Source of the DNA: Candidatus Thorarchaeota archaeon
Lineage (GTDB): Archaea > Asgardarchaeota > Thorarchaeia > Thorarchaeales > Thorarchaeaceae
NCBI GenBank assembly: GCA_011364905.1
Contig: RDNZ01000045.1
Location: forward strand, 1-22,426
Length of the DNA: 22,426 nucleotides
Direction: 5' to 3'
Shown here: positions 7,989-15,987 of the stretch, one piece after another
Layout of the letters: the number at the start of each line of letters is the position of its first letter
How positions within the stretch are numbered: the first letter of the stretch is position 1
Notes under the pieces: generated by a model
Seen by the model: the letters and a program-made list of their open reading frames with translations, nothing else
Databases searched by the model: none
Told to the model about the DNA's origin: nothing
Made by a program: the position numbers and the translations under genes

Positions 7989-8915
7989 TTATTTAGCTAC
8001 TAGCTTCTTGCCTTTTGTTTTGCCCTTCTTCTTTGCATCTGCGTCTGGTTCTTCTTCCAGCTCAGATCTGAAGAAGCTGATGAGGTCATCCAAGCGTTCC
8101 TTCATCTCAGCTTTGATTGGGCTTAAGATTGCATCCGGAGTTCCTTTGAGTAGCTCTATTCCTAGAACCCTGCCGTCTTTTACAATGACACGCGGAATGA
8201 ATCCCTCAGCCATGAATGTTCCCTCTGGTGGATCCTTCACTTTCTCAAATTTCCGCTCGACCTTCTCCTGGCCAAACACTGCTATCTTGTGCTCTGCAAC
8301 AGTGAAAAGCTCATTATAGACAATCAATAACTCCCTCTCATATCCCTCTGGCGGCTCAACGGTTTCAAGGTCTTTGATCATTGCTTGGATTTCCGCAGAG
8401 AGAGCTTGAGAGGATGAAGATGCGGATTGCGGTCTTGGAGAGGGTGCAGTCGTGGTTGACCTAGATGTAGGTTGTGTTGGTGGCCTAGGCGATGGAGCTG
8501 CAGATGTTGCTGTTTCAGGAGTAGAATCCACAGGTCTAGGCTTCGGTGGAGGCGATGAAGATGTTTCTGCTTTTGCTGTTGGTGGTTTCGGAGGCGGAGC
8601 TTTTTCACCTGGTTTTAGAATTCTCTCTGCCGCAGTTGAACCATCCAAAGCAGTGAAGAATGTGGGTGGCTCCTCGCCTTCGTCGAGGGGGCGTACCTTG
8701 AAGTGAAAACCGTACTCAGTTCTCAGATTAGTTGCAACTCGTGCTCCAATAAACTTCCTTCTGATACCTGCTTGTGTGCCCTTCCATAGGTAGATGCTCT
8801 TTGTTTCATCATCAACGACACAAACTACCATTGTAGATTCAAGGTCATCTTTGCCTATCTCGACCTCATTCAAGGTTCCATCTTCCAAAACCTCGTAGCC
8901 TAGGACCATGATCAA
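7989..8915 (-). CDS. Gelsolin/villin-repeat domain protein with Pro/Ser/Thr-rich linker, uncharacterised C-terminal domain and Lys-rich tail
   Basis: aa 1-91 form a canonical gelsolin repeat: LESTMVVCVVDDETKSIYLWKG...RKFIGARVATNL...LDEGEEPPTFFTAL. The linker APPPKPPT...SSSPPPKPRP follows, and the tail is KKKGKTKGKKLVAK. The start may be 8909. Confidence 0.85.
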   Translation of the reverse strand: MIMVLGYEVLEDGTLNEVEIGKDDLESTMVVCVVDDETKSIYLWKGTQAGIRRKFIGARVATNLRTEYGFHFKVRPLDEGEEPPTFFTALDGSTAAERILKPGEKAPPPKPPTAKAETSSSPPPKPRPVDSTPETATSAAPSPRPPTQPTSRSTTTAPSPRPQSASSSSQALSAEIQAMIKDLETVEPPEGYERELLIVYNELFTVAEHKIAVFGQEKVERKFEKVKDPPEGTFMAEGFIPRVIVKDGRVLGIELLKGTPDAILSPIKAEMKERLDDLISFFRSELEEEPDADAKKKGKTKGKKLVAK

Positions 8916-9093
8916 TCACAACGCTGCTCATTAGATTTGCACTGCTAGGAATATCGGATATCTAGCCAGCGTGGTTATTGCCTTTTTGTGGTATATGATT
9001 GTTATTGTGTTAAATATGCCGCCAGATTCCTGCCTCAACGGGTGTCAAGAAGGCTTATGAGTGAGGCAACCATAGGATTTGTGGTCGTTTGAG

Positions 9094-10218
9094 ATGGAAG
9101 AAACACAGAAGTATGTAAGCCCATACAAAAAGTTGTTTGATGAAACCAAGGACCTTAGTTTTGCAAAACTCCTTCTGGGTCTTGCTGTGTCAACATTGAT
9201 AATGCTCGGCTCAACTTGGGGCCTTCTTTCTTTATTGAATTTTTCAGGCGTTTTCAGCTTTGAGCCCTCAAAGTTTGTTTCATATACAACCTATATGCTG
9301 GAGGCTTCAGTTGGCTCTATTATTTTGGCACTTATTTTGTGCGGGATTCTGATCAAATGGCCACGAACCGTCAGCTTCTCACTACGATTACATAGAAGAG
9401 TGAAACACCATGCAGGAGATTATTTCATGTCTCCAGAGCCGGAGGATGAGAAACTTGGAGATGCCATTCGGAGATCCCTTTATGGATCAATACTCATTGT
9501 AGGCATAGCTTTGACAATCCTAGGACTGGACATGATACACAATACAACTGGCGGCGAGTTAATCTTTCTTGGCACAGTCCTGATGATAGTGAGCATTGTC
9601 ATTCTTCCAATTACTGTTATGTTATTCTATTTTGGTCCGTGGTTAATGAAGGAAGCCGGCTTGTTTCATCTTGATACAAAAGACAGGTCTCTAAGCAATG
9701 TTGGAGATGATGTTGAAGACATTCTAGAATTCTTTGCTGGAGTGGACATCGTTCTTGTATGGTTTGAGCTAACGTTAAATGTTGGTCAAGATGCGCTTTG
9801 GATTCCCATATTCATTATTTTAGTGGCACTTGGACCACTTTTCTCAATCATTCTAAACTTCACAATAATTTTCGTCTTTGTCAAGAAGAGAGCAACTCTC
9901 GCAATGATGCGTTATCTATCCGAGCGATATAACATACCCGATATGTTGACCTCACCTGGCTACATCAGAAGCCAAGTCATGACACTTGTTGAAAGAGAGG
10001 TATTCATGGTGGGTCCGGCGACGCCTCCTGAATCAATGGCACCTGTGGAGGAGGAGGTTTCAAAGGAAGCATCCAATGAGGAATCTCTACCCGAATCAGA
10101 ACCAGTGATGGAGCCACCTCCGGAACCCAAACGCGATCACATTCCTCCTCCACCAGGTGATCATGTTCCACCACCTCCTGGAGACAATAGTGAGTCAATC
10201 GCTGAGGATGATGGTTGA
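9094..10218 (+). CDS. Polytopic membrane protein (about 6 TM) with acidic, proline-rich C-terminal tail; function unknown
   Basis: ORF track starts at TTG 9079, and ATG 9094 is plausible. Several hydrophobic segments of about 20 aa. The tail is EPPPEPKRDHIPPPPGDHVPPPPGDNSESIAEDDG. Confidence 0.7.
   Translation: MEETQKYVSPYKKLFDETKDLSFAKLLLGLAVSTLIMLGSTWGLLSLLNFSGVFSFEPSKFVSYTTYMLEASVGSIILALILCGILIKWPRTVSFSLRLHRRVKHHAGDYFMSPEPEDEKLGDAIRRSLYGSILIVGIALTILGLDMIHNTTGGELIFLGTVLMIVSIVILPITVMLFYFGPWLMKEAGLFHLDTKDRSLSNVGDDVEDILEFFAGVDIVLVWFELTLNVGQDALWIPIFIILVALGPLFSIILNFTIIFVFVKKRATLAMMRYLSERYNIPDMLTSPGYIRSQVMTLVEREVFMVGPATPPESMAPVEEEVSKEASNEESLPESEPVMEPPPEPKRDHIPPPPGDHVPPPPGDNSESIAEDDG
10135..10185 (+). 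repeat. Two tandem 24-nt units encoding DH(I/V)PPPPG
   Basis: gatcacattcctcctccaccaggt / gatcatgttccaccacctcctgga, then gac. Codons have diverged while the peptide is conserved. Confidence 0.85.
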
Positions 10219-11259
10219 ATCCTTCCTGAAAGAAAATGTAACAAGCTTGTTTCCATTTGATCTTAGGCGTTTCACAAGGTCCTCATCATAGGTGAGTGCA
10301 ATTATTGGAATACCATTCAAGTCTAGGATTACCTTGAATGAACCAACTTGAGGTATGATCGACACAACATTTGCTACAATCTCACCTTCCGAATACGAAT
10401 CGGAAATCACGACATCCTCAGGCTTTACACTAAATGTTAATTTCGAGCCCATGTTTCCTGAGGTAGGTATAAGGAATAGGTTATCATTTACCGAAACAGT
10501 CACATGCTCTCCTGAAACTTCAACAATTCGTCCAGAGAAGATGTTTCCACTCCCAAGAAAAGTTGCTACAAAATCATTTGCCGGGAAATCATAGAGTTCC
10601 TCGGGAGTTCCGACCTGTTCAACAAGTCCATCGTTCAGAATTGCCACTCTATCAGATATGGCAAATGCTTCATCTTGGCTGTGTGTGACGTAGATTGTCG
10701 TAACACTGAGTTTTCTCTGAATCCGTCTTATCTCTTTCTGAAGCCGCTCTCTCAATTGCAGATCCAACGCAGACAATGGTTCATCAAGTAGGAGTAGATT
10801 TGGATTGGTCGCTAGAGCTCTTGCAAGTGCAACCCTTTGAGCTTCGCCGCCACTGATTTCAGATGTTTTTCTCAGCAACAAATGTTGGATGTCCAGAAGC
10901 TCTGCGAGCTCTTTCACTCGATTTACGGTGTCTTCTCTCGACCACCCAGCCATATCAGGTCCAAATGAGATGTTGCCGAAAACAGTCATATTAGGAAATA
11001 GCGCGATTGATTGAAAGACCATTCCAATGTTTCGTTCACGAGGCGCGACAGTAATCATGTCTTTCCCATCGAAAAGCAAGCCTCCATGAACATTTTCGAT
11101 AAAGCCAGCTACCATCCGTAGAGTTGTAGTCTTACCAGATCCACTGGGACCAAGAAGAGTAAGAAGTTCACCATCTCGCACTAGAAGGTCAATTGGCCCG
11201 ACTGTCGTTCCGTCGTCAAATTCCCGCAGCAATCCTCTTAGTTCAACTTCCACCATCAT
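10195..11259 (-). CDS. thiQ: ABC transporter ATP-binding subunit (thiamine/Fe3+/polyamine family) with C-terminal TOBE-like region
   Basis: Walker A GPSGSGKT, Q-loop VFQ, signature ISGGEAQR, Walker B LLLLDEP and H-loop VTH. The true start is ATG 11259 or 11256, after GGAGGTG and overlapping the thiP stop, not 11319. The symbol is assigned from context. Confidence 0.85.
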   Translation of the reverse strand: MMVEVELRGLLREFDDGTTVGPIDLLVRDGELLTLLGPSGSGKTTTLRMVAGFIENVHGGLLFDGKDMITVAPRERNIGMVFQSIALFPNMTVFGNISFGPDMAGWSREDTVNRVKELAELLDIQHLLLRKTSEISGGEAQRVALARALATNPNLLLLDEPLSALDLQLRERLQKEIRRIQRKLSVTTIYVTHSQDEAFAISDRVAILNDGLVEQVGTPEELYDFPANDFVATFLGSGNIFSGRIVEVSGEHVTVSVNDNLFLIPTSGNMGSKLTFSVKPEDVVISDSYSEGEIVANVVSIIPQVGSFKVILDLNGIPIIALTYDEDLVKRLRSNGNKLVTFSFRKDSTIILSD

Positions 11260-12893
11260 AAAGCACCTCCCGTACTGCCCTCTGAGATTCGTTCTATAGT
11301 CAGAAACGCGATGACACATACAATAACAAGAAAGAATGCAGATGCTCCAGCCTCAACATACGCTCGCACACCAAGATATTCATAGATTGCAACCGCAAGT
11401 GTGTAGTTCTGTGGCAATGCAATGAATAGGGTCGCTGACATCTCACCTATTGCCATGGCAAAAGCAAAAACAGCTCCAACCAGAATGCCCGGCGCAAGCA
11501 ATGGGAGTTCCACAAAGAGGAATCGCTGAATTCGTGATGCGCCGAGAGAGTCTGCCTGTTCTAAAAGAGCTGGATCTATCTTACTCATAGCTAACTCAAT
11601 TGCTCTTGCACTAAAAGGCAGTCCAATTATGGTCTGTGCTATGATTATTATTGGCCAAGGGTTTGTAATGAGTCCCGTAGGAACTGCTATTGCCAGGACA
11701 AGTCCATACGCTACCGTAATCGATGAAATTCCCAAAGGGAGTAGGATCATCGAGGATGCAAAAGTTGGTACGAATCTATGGTGGGACCTCATATCTAGGG
11801 CAAGAAGAATCCCAAGGATTACTGCAAAAACTGTGGCGAGTCCAGCATAGAACAGTGAATTAACAAGATAACGGAATGCTCCTTGGCCACCCAGCCTAAA
11901 TAGATTAGTAAAGCCCTCCAAGGTATAAACCTTCGCAACCGGGTCATAGACGGAAGCTCGAGCAATCGTGGCAATAGGACCTAAAACTAGCACCACAATC
12001 AAAGAGAGATATGCGGCAATGGCTACTCTCTCTCTCAAAGGATATCTATTGAAAGAGGTGGTTTTCATCGAGGCTGTTTTGCCGGTTTCGTTTTCCCGTT
12101 TTGTGAGTCTTACGTATGTGAAAGCTAGACTCAAGGTGATTACAATTTGCATGAGGGTGAGAGAGCTAGCCTCTCCGTAATCGAAAAGCCTGAAGGCATT
12201 CCAAATCTGAGCCTCAATAGTAATGAATCTCCCTTGACCGAACGCTAGTACGATTGGGAACGACATAAAACAGAACATAAATGTTAGAACTGCTGATGCT
12301 AGCAGTGAAGGCATCACATGGGGGAGGGTTATGTACCGAAGCCTCTGACGTGAACTCGCACCGAGTATCTCTGCGCTCTCCTCTATCTCTGGATTGAGAC
12401 GCTCCAGGGAAGCAGAAACCATTAGGATTACCAACGGAATATTGTAGAAGGTATGTGCCAGAATGATGCCGGGAATTCCTGTTGCTAAATTGAACACAGA
12501 TGTGCTCGAGCCTTGAATCCACATGAGAATCGAGTCGATGACTCCATAAGATCCAAACATTTCAAGAAATCCAACCACAACAACAATGGGTGGAAGGACA
12601 AAAGGAACTATCATCATTGCTCTAACCAATGATTTTCCTCTGAATCTCAGACGTGCAATCAAAAAAGCTCCGGGCAGACCGATCAAGACGGCCATGAGTG
12701 TGCTCAGAATCGCTTGACCGATAGTGAATTGAAGTATGAACCGGATGGATGGTGACATTATGGTTTCGAAAAATGAGGGTCCAGTAAAGAGATACAACGC
12801 GTTGACGAAGAAGACTGGAAAAACTAGGAACACGATAAGTAGCAGGAAAGGAAATGAGAGTATTGCATAGTTCAGGATTGTTCGTGCGTTCAA
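11256..12893 (-). CDS. thiP: Thiamine ABC transporter permease (two fused permease halves)
   Basis: Two EAA loops (EESAEILGAS, EQADSLGAS), VPFVLPPIVV, AHTFYNIPLV and AIGEMSAT. Directly downstream of thiB. Confidence 0.85.
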   Translation of the reverse strand: MNARTILNYAILSFPFLLLIVFLVFPVFFVNALYLFTGPSFFETIMSPSIRFILQFTIGQAILSTLMAVLIGLPGAFLIARLRFRGKSLVRAMMIVPFVLPPIVVVVGFLEMFGSYGVIDSILMWIQGSSTSVFNLATGIPGIILAHTFYNIPLVILMVSASLERLNPEIEESAEILGASSRQRLRYITLPHVMPSLLASAVLTFMFCFMSFPIVLAFGQGRFITIEAQIWNAFRLFDYGEASSLTLMQIVITLSLAFTYVRLTKRENETGKTASMKTTSFNRYPLRERVAIAAYLSLIVVLVLGPIATIARASVYDPVAKVYTLEGFTNLFRLGGQGAFRYLVNSLFYAGLATVFAVILGILLALDMRSHHRFVPTFASSMILLPLGISSITVAYGLVLAIAVPTGLITNPWPIIIIAQTIIGLPFSARAIELAMSKIDPALLEQADSLGASRIQRFLFVELPLLAPGILVGAVFAFAMAIGEMSATLFIALPQNYTLAVAIYEYLGVRAYVEAGASAFFLVIVCVIAFLTIERISEGSTGGAL

Positions 12894-12903
12894 CCTACTC
12901 CCT

Positions 12904-14046
12904 CTACGGAATCCTTGTGGCAGTCCATGAATCTAGCCAATTGTTTAGGTTTGTGGAGATTTCTGTTCGGTTGAGAAGAAGATTAAGCAAACTCACCTCA
13001 TTGGGATTGACAGCATATTGGTATACACTTGGCAGACTCAGGTCAGTCCGTATTGGATAGACCCATTGGTTGAGAGCAATTTCACTCTGAACAGTTGCAT
13101 TGAGGCAATAGTCAATGAATGCTTTTCCCAACTCAGGATTAGGGCCGTTTTTCACAAGCCCAACTCCTTCCACCTGCATCCATGCCCAGTGCTGATTATC
13201 ATAAAAGAACGGAGCCGCTGCTGTATCAGGAGGGCTTCCATAATAATAAGCCGAATAAGCTGGGTCTGTTCCATAACTGACAAGCAGATTTCTGCTCGGG
13301 TCCCCCGACCAAACCTCCCAAGCTTGATCCCAACCTTCTTGTACATTTATCTGATCCCTGACATCATCCCACCATGTGGTCCAATCTTGATGCAACAGCT
13401 TCTCATAGACTGCAATCTGCGAGAGCAAAAAGGACAAACCGGGACTACTATAGCTAGGATTCTCTGTAACCAGAGAAGAGGCAAACTCAGCATCTGCAAG
13501 GTCTGCGAAAGTTAGATTCCCAAGCTGTGGATGAGTTGTCGTGTTGATTGAGCTTGTTGAATAAATCAAGGTGATCAGACCAAAATCAAAAGGCGTTAGG
13601 TAATGCTCTGGATCCAGCAAATCTACAAAGGTTTCATTAACTAAACTTAGCATTGGCGATGTGTAAGGTTCAAGCACACTCTTTGCTGCATCTTGCAGAA
13701 TGAGGATATTGTCTATTCCAATCACAACATCTGCAAGGGGCCTAGACTTTTCAGCAACAAGCTTCGAGATTATGCCATTTGCATCAACATCGAGAAGTAC
13801 AATATCCACATCGACTCCATATTGCCTTTCAAAAGGTGCAAACACGCGTCCTAGAACAGTTTCAGCCCCCTCATCTCCATAGTCAAAGAAGCTACCATAT
13901 GTGTAGACTACAAACCTGGGTCTCCACCAAGTCACAGCGGCATAAACTGCAATAATGATGATTATACTGACTGAAGCCACAGCTATCATCTTTCTAGGGT
14001 CTCTTCTGACTGGGTACTGAGTCAAGCTCTGCCTCACCGAACTCAT
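12904..14046 (-). CDS. thiB: Thiamine ABC transporter substrate-binding protein (TbpA/ThiB), N-terminally anchored
   Basis: VYTYGSF, ADVVIGIDN, PFDFG, ENPSYSSPGLSFL, GWDQAW, VSYGTDPAY, QVEGVG and QWVYP are all TbpA-family motifs. Confidence 0.9.
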   Translation of the reverse strand: MSSVRQSLTQYPVRRDPRKMIAVASVSIIIIIAVYAAVTWWRPRFVVYTYGSFFDYGDEGAETVLGRVFAPFERQYGVDVDIVLLDVDANGIISKLVAEKSRPLADVVIGIDNILILQDAAKSVLEPYTSPMLSLVNETFVDLLDPEHYLTPFDFGLITLIYSTSSINTTTHPQLGNLTFADLADAEFASSLVTENPSYSSPGLSFLLSQIAVYEKLLHQDWTTWWDDVRDQINVQEGWDQAWEVWSGDPSRNLLVSYGTDPAYSAYYYGSPPDTAAAPFFYDNQHWAWMQVEGVGLVKNGPNPELGKAFIDYCLNATVQSEIALNQWVYPIRTDLSLPSVYQYAVNPNEVSLLNLLLNRTEISTNLNNWLDSWTATRIP

Positions 14047-14055
14047 TCAATGCAA

Positions 14056-14095
14056 GCATTCTTATAACGCTTCTTATAACAGTGTTATAGAATGC
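14056..14095. promoter_or_regulatory. Palindromic operator in the thiB/thiR divergent spacer (candidate ThiR site) with an additional half-site
   Basis: Perfect palindrome TATAACA-G-TGTTATA at 14075-14089. Direct repeat GCATTCTTATAAC (14056-14068) / GCTTCTTATAAC (14069-14080). Confidence 0.8.
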
Positions 14096-14110
14096 GCGAG
14101 GTGTATACCA

Positions 14111-15043
14111 GTGAGACCGCCATGTGAAATTGTACAGAGGGACTTTCTACCTGTCGTCAGAACACTAGTGGCTAGAGGCTTAAGGAATGCAGGATTTTCA
14201 CAGACTGAAATCGCTTTGAAGATGGATCTGACACAAGCTGCTGTAAGTAAATATCTGAATACACGGCTATCAAAAACACGAATGAACAGTGAATGCGAAT
14301 CTCTTGCTCAGAGATTAACAGAGATGATTAGGACCGGGGAGGTTGAGAGCGACCAGATTGTACATGAGGTTTGTTCAGTGTGCATGCGATCCCGCATTGG
14401 CTCTACTCTTTGCGAGATGCATAAAGACAAGGTGCATTCACTACAAGTGGCTAATTGTCAAATATGCTCTCAGCTTCTAGGAGGCCAAGATGAGGCTCTT
14501 TCTGAGAGAGCATCGGTCATAGGTGACATTCTTGAAGCTCTAAAGATCATTGAGGCTTCTGATTCTTTCGAAGTCATTGTGCCTCAGGTTCGAGCTAATT
14601 TTGTTGTATGTAATGACTTGGCTAAAACGTACAAGGAGGTTGTGGGAGTGCCAGGTCGAATCACTATTGTCGAGGGTCGAGCCCGTGCACTTGTTAGTCC
14701 TCAATTTGGCGCGTCACAACATACTGCTCGACTTCTGTTGCAAGCCAAGCAGACTTGGCCAGGAGTTCGAGCCTGCCTTTGTGTGAGCGGCAGAGAAAGC
14801 GTTGTAGAAAGTGCAGGTAAGTCTGGTTTCAAGATTCTCTCCATGGAGAATCCTGAAAGCGATGCATCAAAGATTGCAGAATCTCTATCTAGGACAAATC
14901 ACCTTCCTGGTCCAAAAACCACGTTTCCATCAATCCACATACCAGGCGGTTATGGTGTAGAACCAATTCTCTATCTTTTTGGTCCCAGTGCGGTTGAACT
15001 TGCACAAAGGAGTATCAAGCTTAGCGATATCGTGACACTGTGA
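14111..15043 (+). CDS. thiR: ThiR-type transcriptional regulator (XRE-like HTH + Cys/His-rich linker + ThiN-like thiamine-phosphate-sensing domain)
   Basis: MRPPCEIV...LPVVRTLVA, HTH SQTEIALKMDLTQAAVSKY, and ThiN motifs VPQVRAN, VVGVPGRI, PQFGASQHTA and GGYGVEPILYLFG. GAGGTG ribosome-binding site. Divergent from thiBPQ. Confidence 0.88.
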   Translation: MRPPCEIVQRDFLPVVRTLVARGLRNAGFSQTEIALKMDLTQAAVSKYLNTRLSKTRMNSECESLAQRLTEMIRTGEVESDQIVHEVCSVCMRSRIGSTLCEMHKDKVHSLQVANCQICSQLLGGQDEALSERASVIGDILEALKIIEASDSFEVIVPQVRANFVVCNDLAKTYKEVVGVPGRITIVEGRARALVSPQFGASQHTARLLLQAKQTWPGVRACLCVSGRESVVESAGKSGFKILSMENPESDASKIAESLSRTNHLPGPKTTFPSIHIPGGYGVEPILYLFGPSAVELAQRSIKLSDIVTL

Positions 15044-15123
15044 CTCTGCTAAGCCTTGTCTTACATCAGTTTATTTTACTCCAACCAGTGACTAGACCTG
15101 CAGCATGCTAGGGGTGTCCAGCG

Positions 15124-15987
15124 ATGGTAACCATTCGAAATGGAATGATGAAGGATTGTACTGACCTTCTGGAGGTCTATCAGGGAACACGCTGGTTTTA
15201 TCGCACCAAACAGGGTGGATACACAACTGTTGAGCAAGTCAAAGATGAGCATAGAGGAGCTGCGTTTGAAAGGTGGGGTTGGCTCGTTGCAGAAGAGAAA
15301 GGAAAAGTTGTTGGCGAGATTGTTATCAGGGCTGAGAAGAATCCAGTATCAGGCAAAGTTGGGATAATCCGTAATCTCGATATCGATGTTCGGAACCAGA
15401 AAAGCAAGATTGGAACGAATCTCACGAGAGCTGCAGAGAACGTTCTCAGGAAAAAACGAGCTGTTCGCGTTGTAGCAACGACACCTCCAGCTGCATACAA
15501 CTACTGGATGAAAGTCAACTATTTTGCAAGGGGTTCAATCATGAACATCAGCCTTTCGACAGCAAAGGTGCCAGTGATCAAGTCCACTAAGATAAAGATA
15601 GTTCAGTTGAAGGGACAGGAAAAACTACCAAAATCCATGCGTTTCTCAAATATCGCATACCCAGGCTCTTTGGCAGAGCTCACTGCCCGAGTGATTAATG
15701 GCGAACTCAGAGGTAATCTAATTGAATATTACTCTGATGGACGACTAATGGGAGTGGGAGCTATTGCTAAGAGTAATTCCAAAAATGCTGAATTTGTCGC
15801 TGATGTGACAAAACGTGGCACGCCTTTTGCAGATTTCATCCTATCTAGAACTGCTGGGATGGCTCGTAAATGGAAGGTGCGGAAGGTAAAGTCAACAATC
15901 CCAAAGGACTACCTCGGTGTTTACACTGCTTTTGCTAGGTGGTCCTCTGAGGTGTCGACTGACATTCCTGTAACGCGACTTTTGTAA
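15124..15987 (+). CDS. GNAT-domain protein with a probable second degenerate GNAT-like domain
   Basis: IRNGMMKD, WLVAEEKGKVVGEI, IRNLDIDVRNQKSKIGTNL and AAYNYWMKVNY. The C-terminal half has YSDGRLMGVGAI. Confidence 0.7.
   Translation: MVTIRNGMMKDCTDLLEVYQGTRWFYRTKQGGYTTVEQVKDEHRGAAFERWGWLVAEEKGKVVGEIVIRAEKNPVSGKVGIIRNLDIDVRNQKSKIGTNLTRAAENVLRKKRAVRVVATTPPAAYNYWMKVNYFARGSIMNISLSTAKVPVIKSTKIKIVQLKGQEKLPKSMRFSNIAYPGSLAELTARVINGELRGNLIEYYSDGRLMGVGAIAKSNSKNAEFVADVTKRGTPFADFILSRTAGMARKWKVRKVKSTIPKDYLGVYTAFARWSSEVSTDIPVTRLL

Noticed and set aside
8008-8706. Alternative ORFs in the gelsolin gene, including the His/Gln/Leu-rich 8378-8608
   Set aside because: Frame-shifted or antisense readings of the Pro/Ser/Thr linker. 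The low complexity explains the lack of stops.
11260-11319. N-terminal extension of the ABC ATPase in the ORF track
   Set aside because: It lies inside thiP. The GGAGGTG site and ATGA overlap point to a start at 11259 or 11256.
13018-13515. 165-aa plus-strand ORF
   Set aside because: Entirely antisense to thiB, with no motifs.
14047-14110. TPP riboswitch upstream of thiB
   Set aside because: The spacer is only 64 nt and lacks the conserved CUGAGA/GAU...GCG core. A protein operator explains the region.
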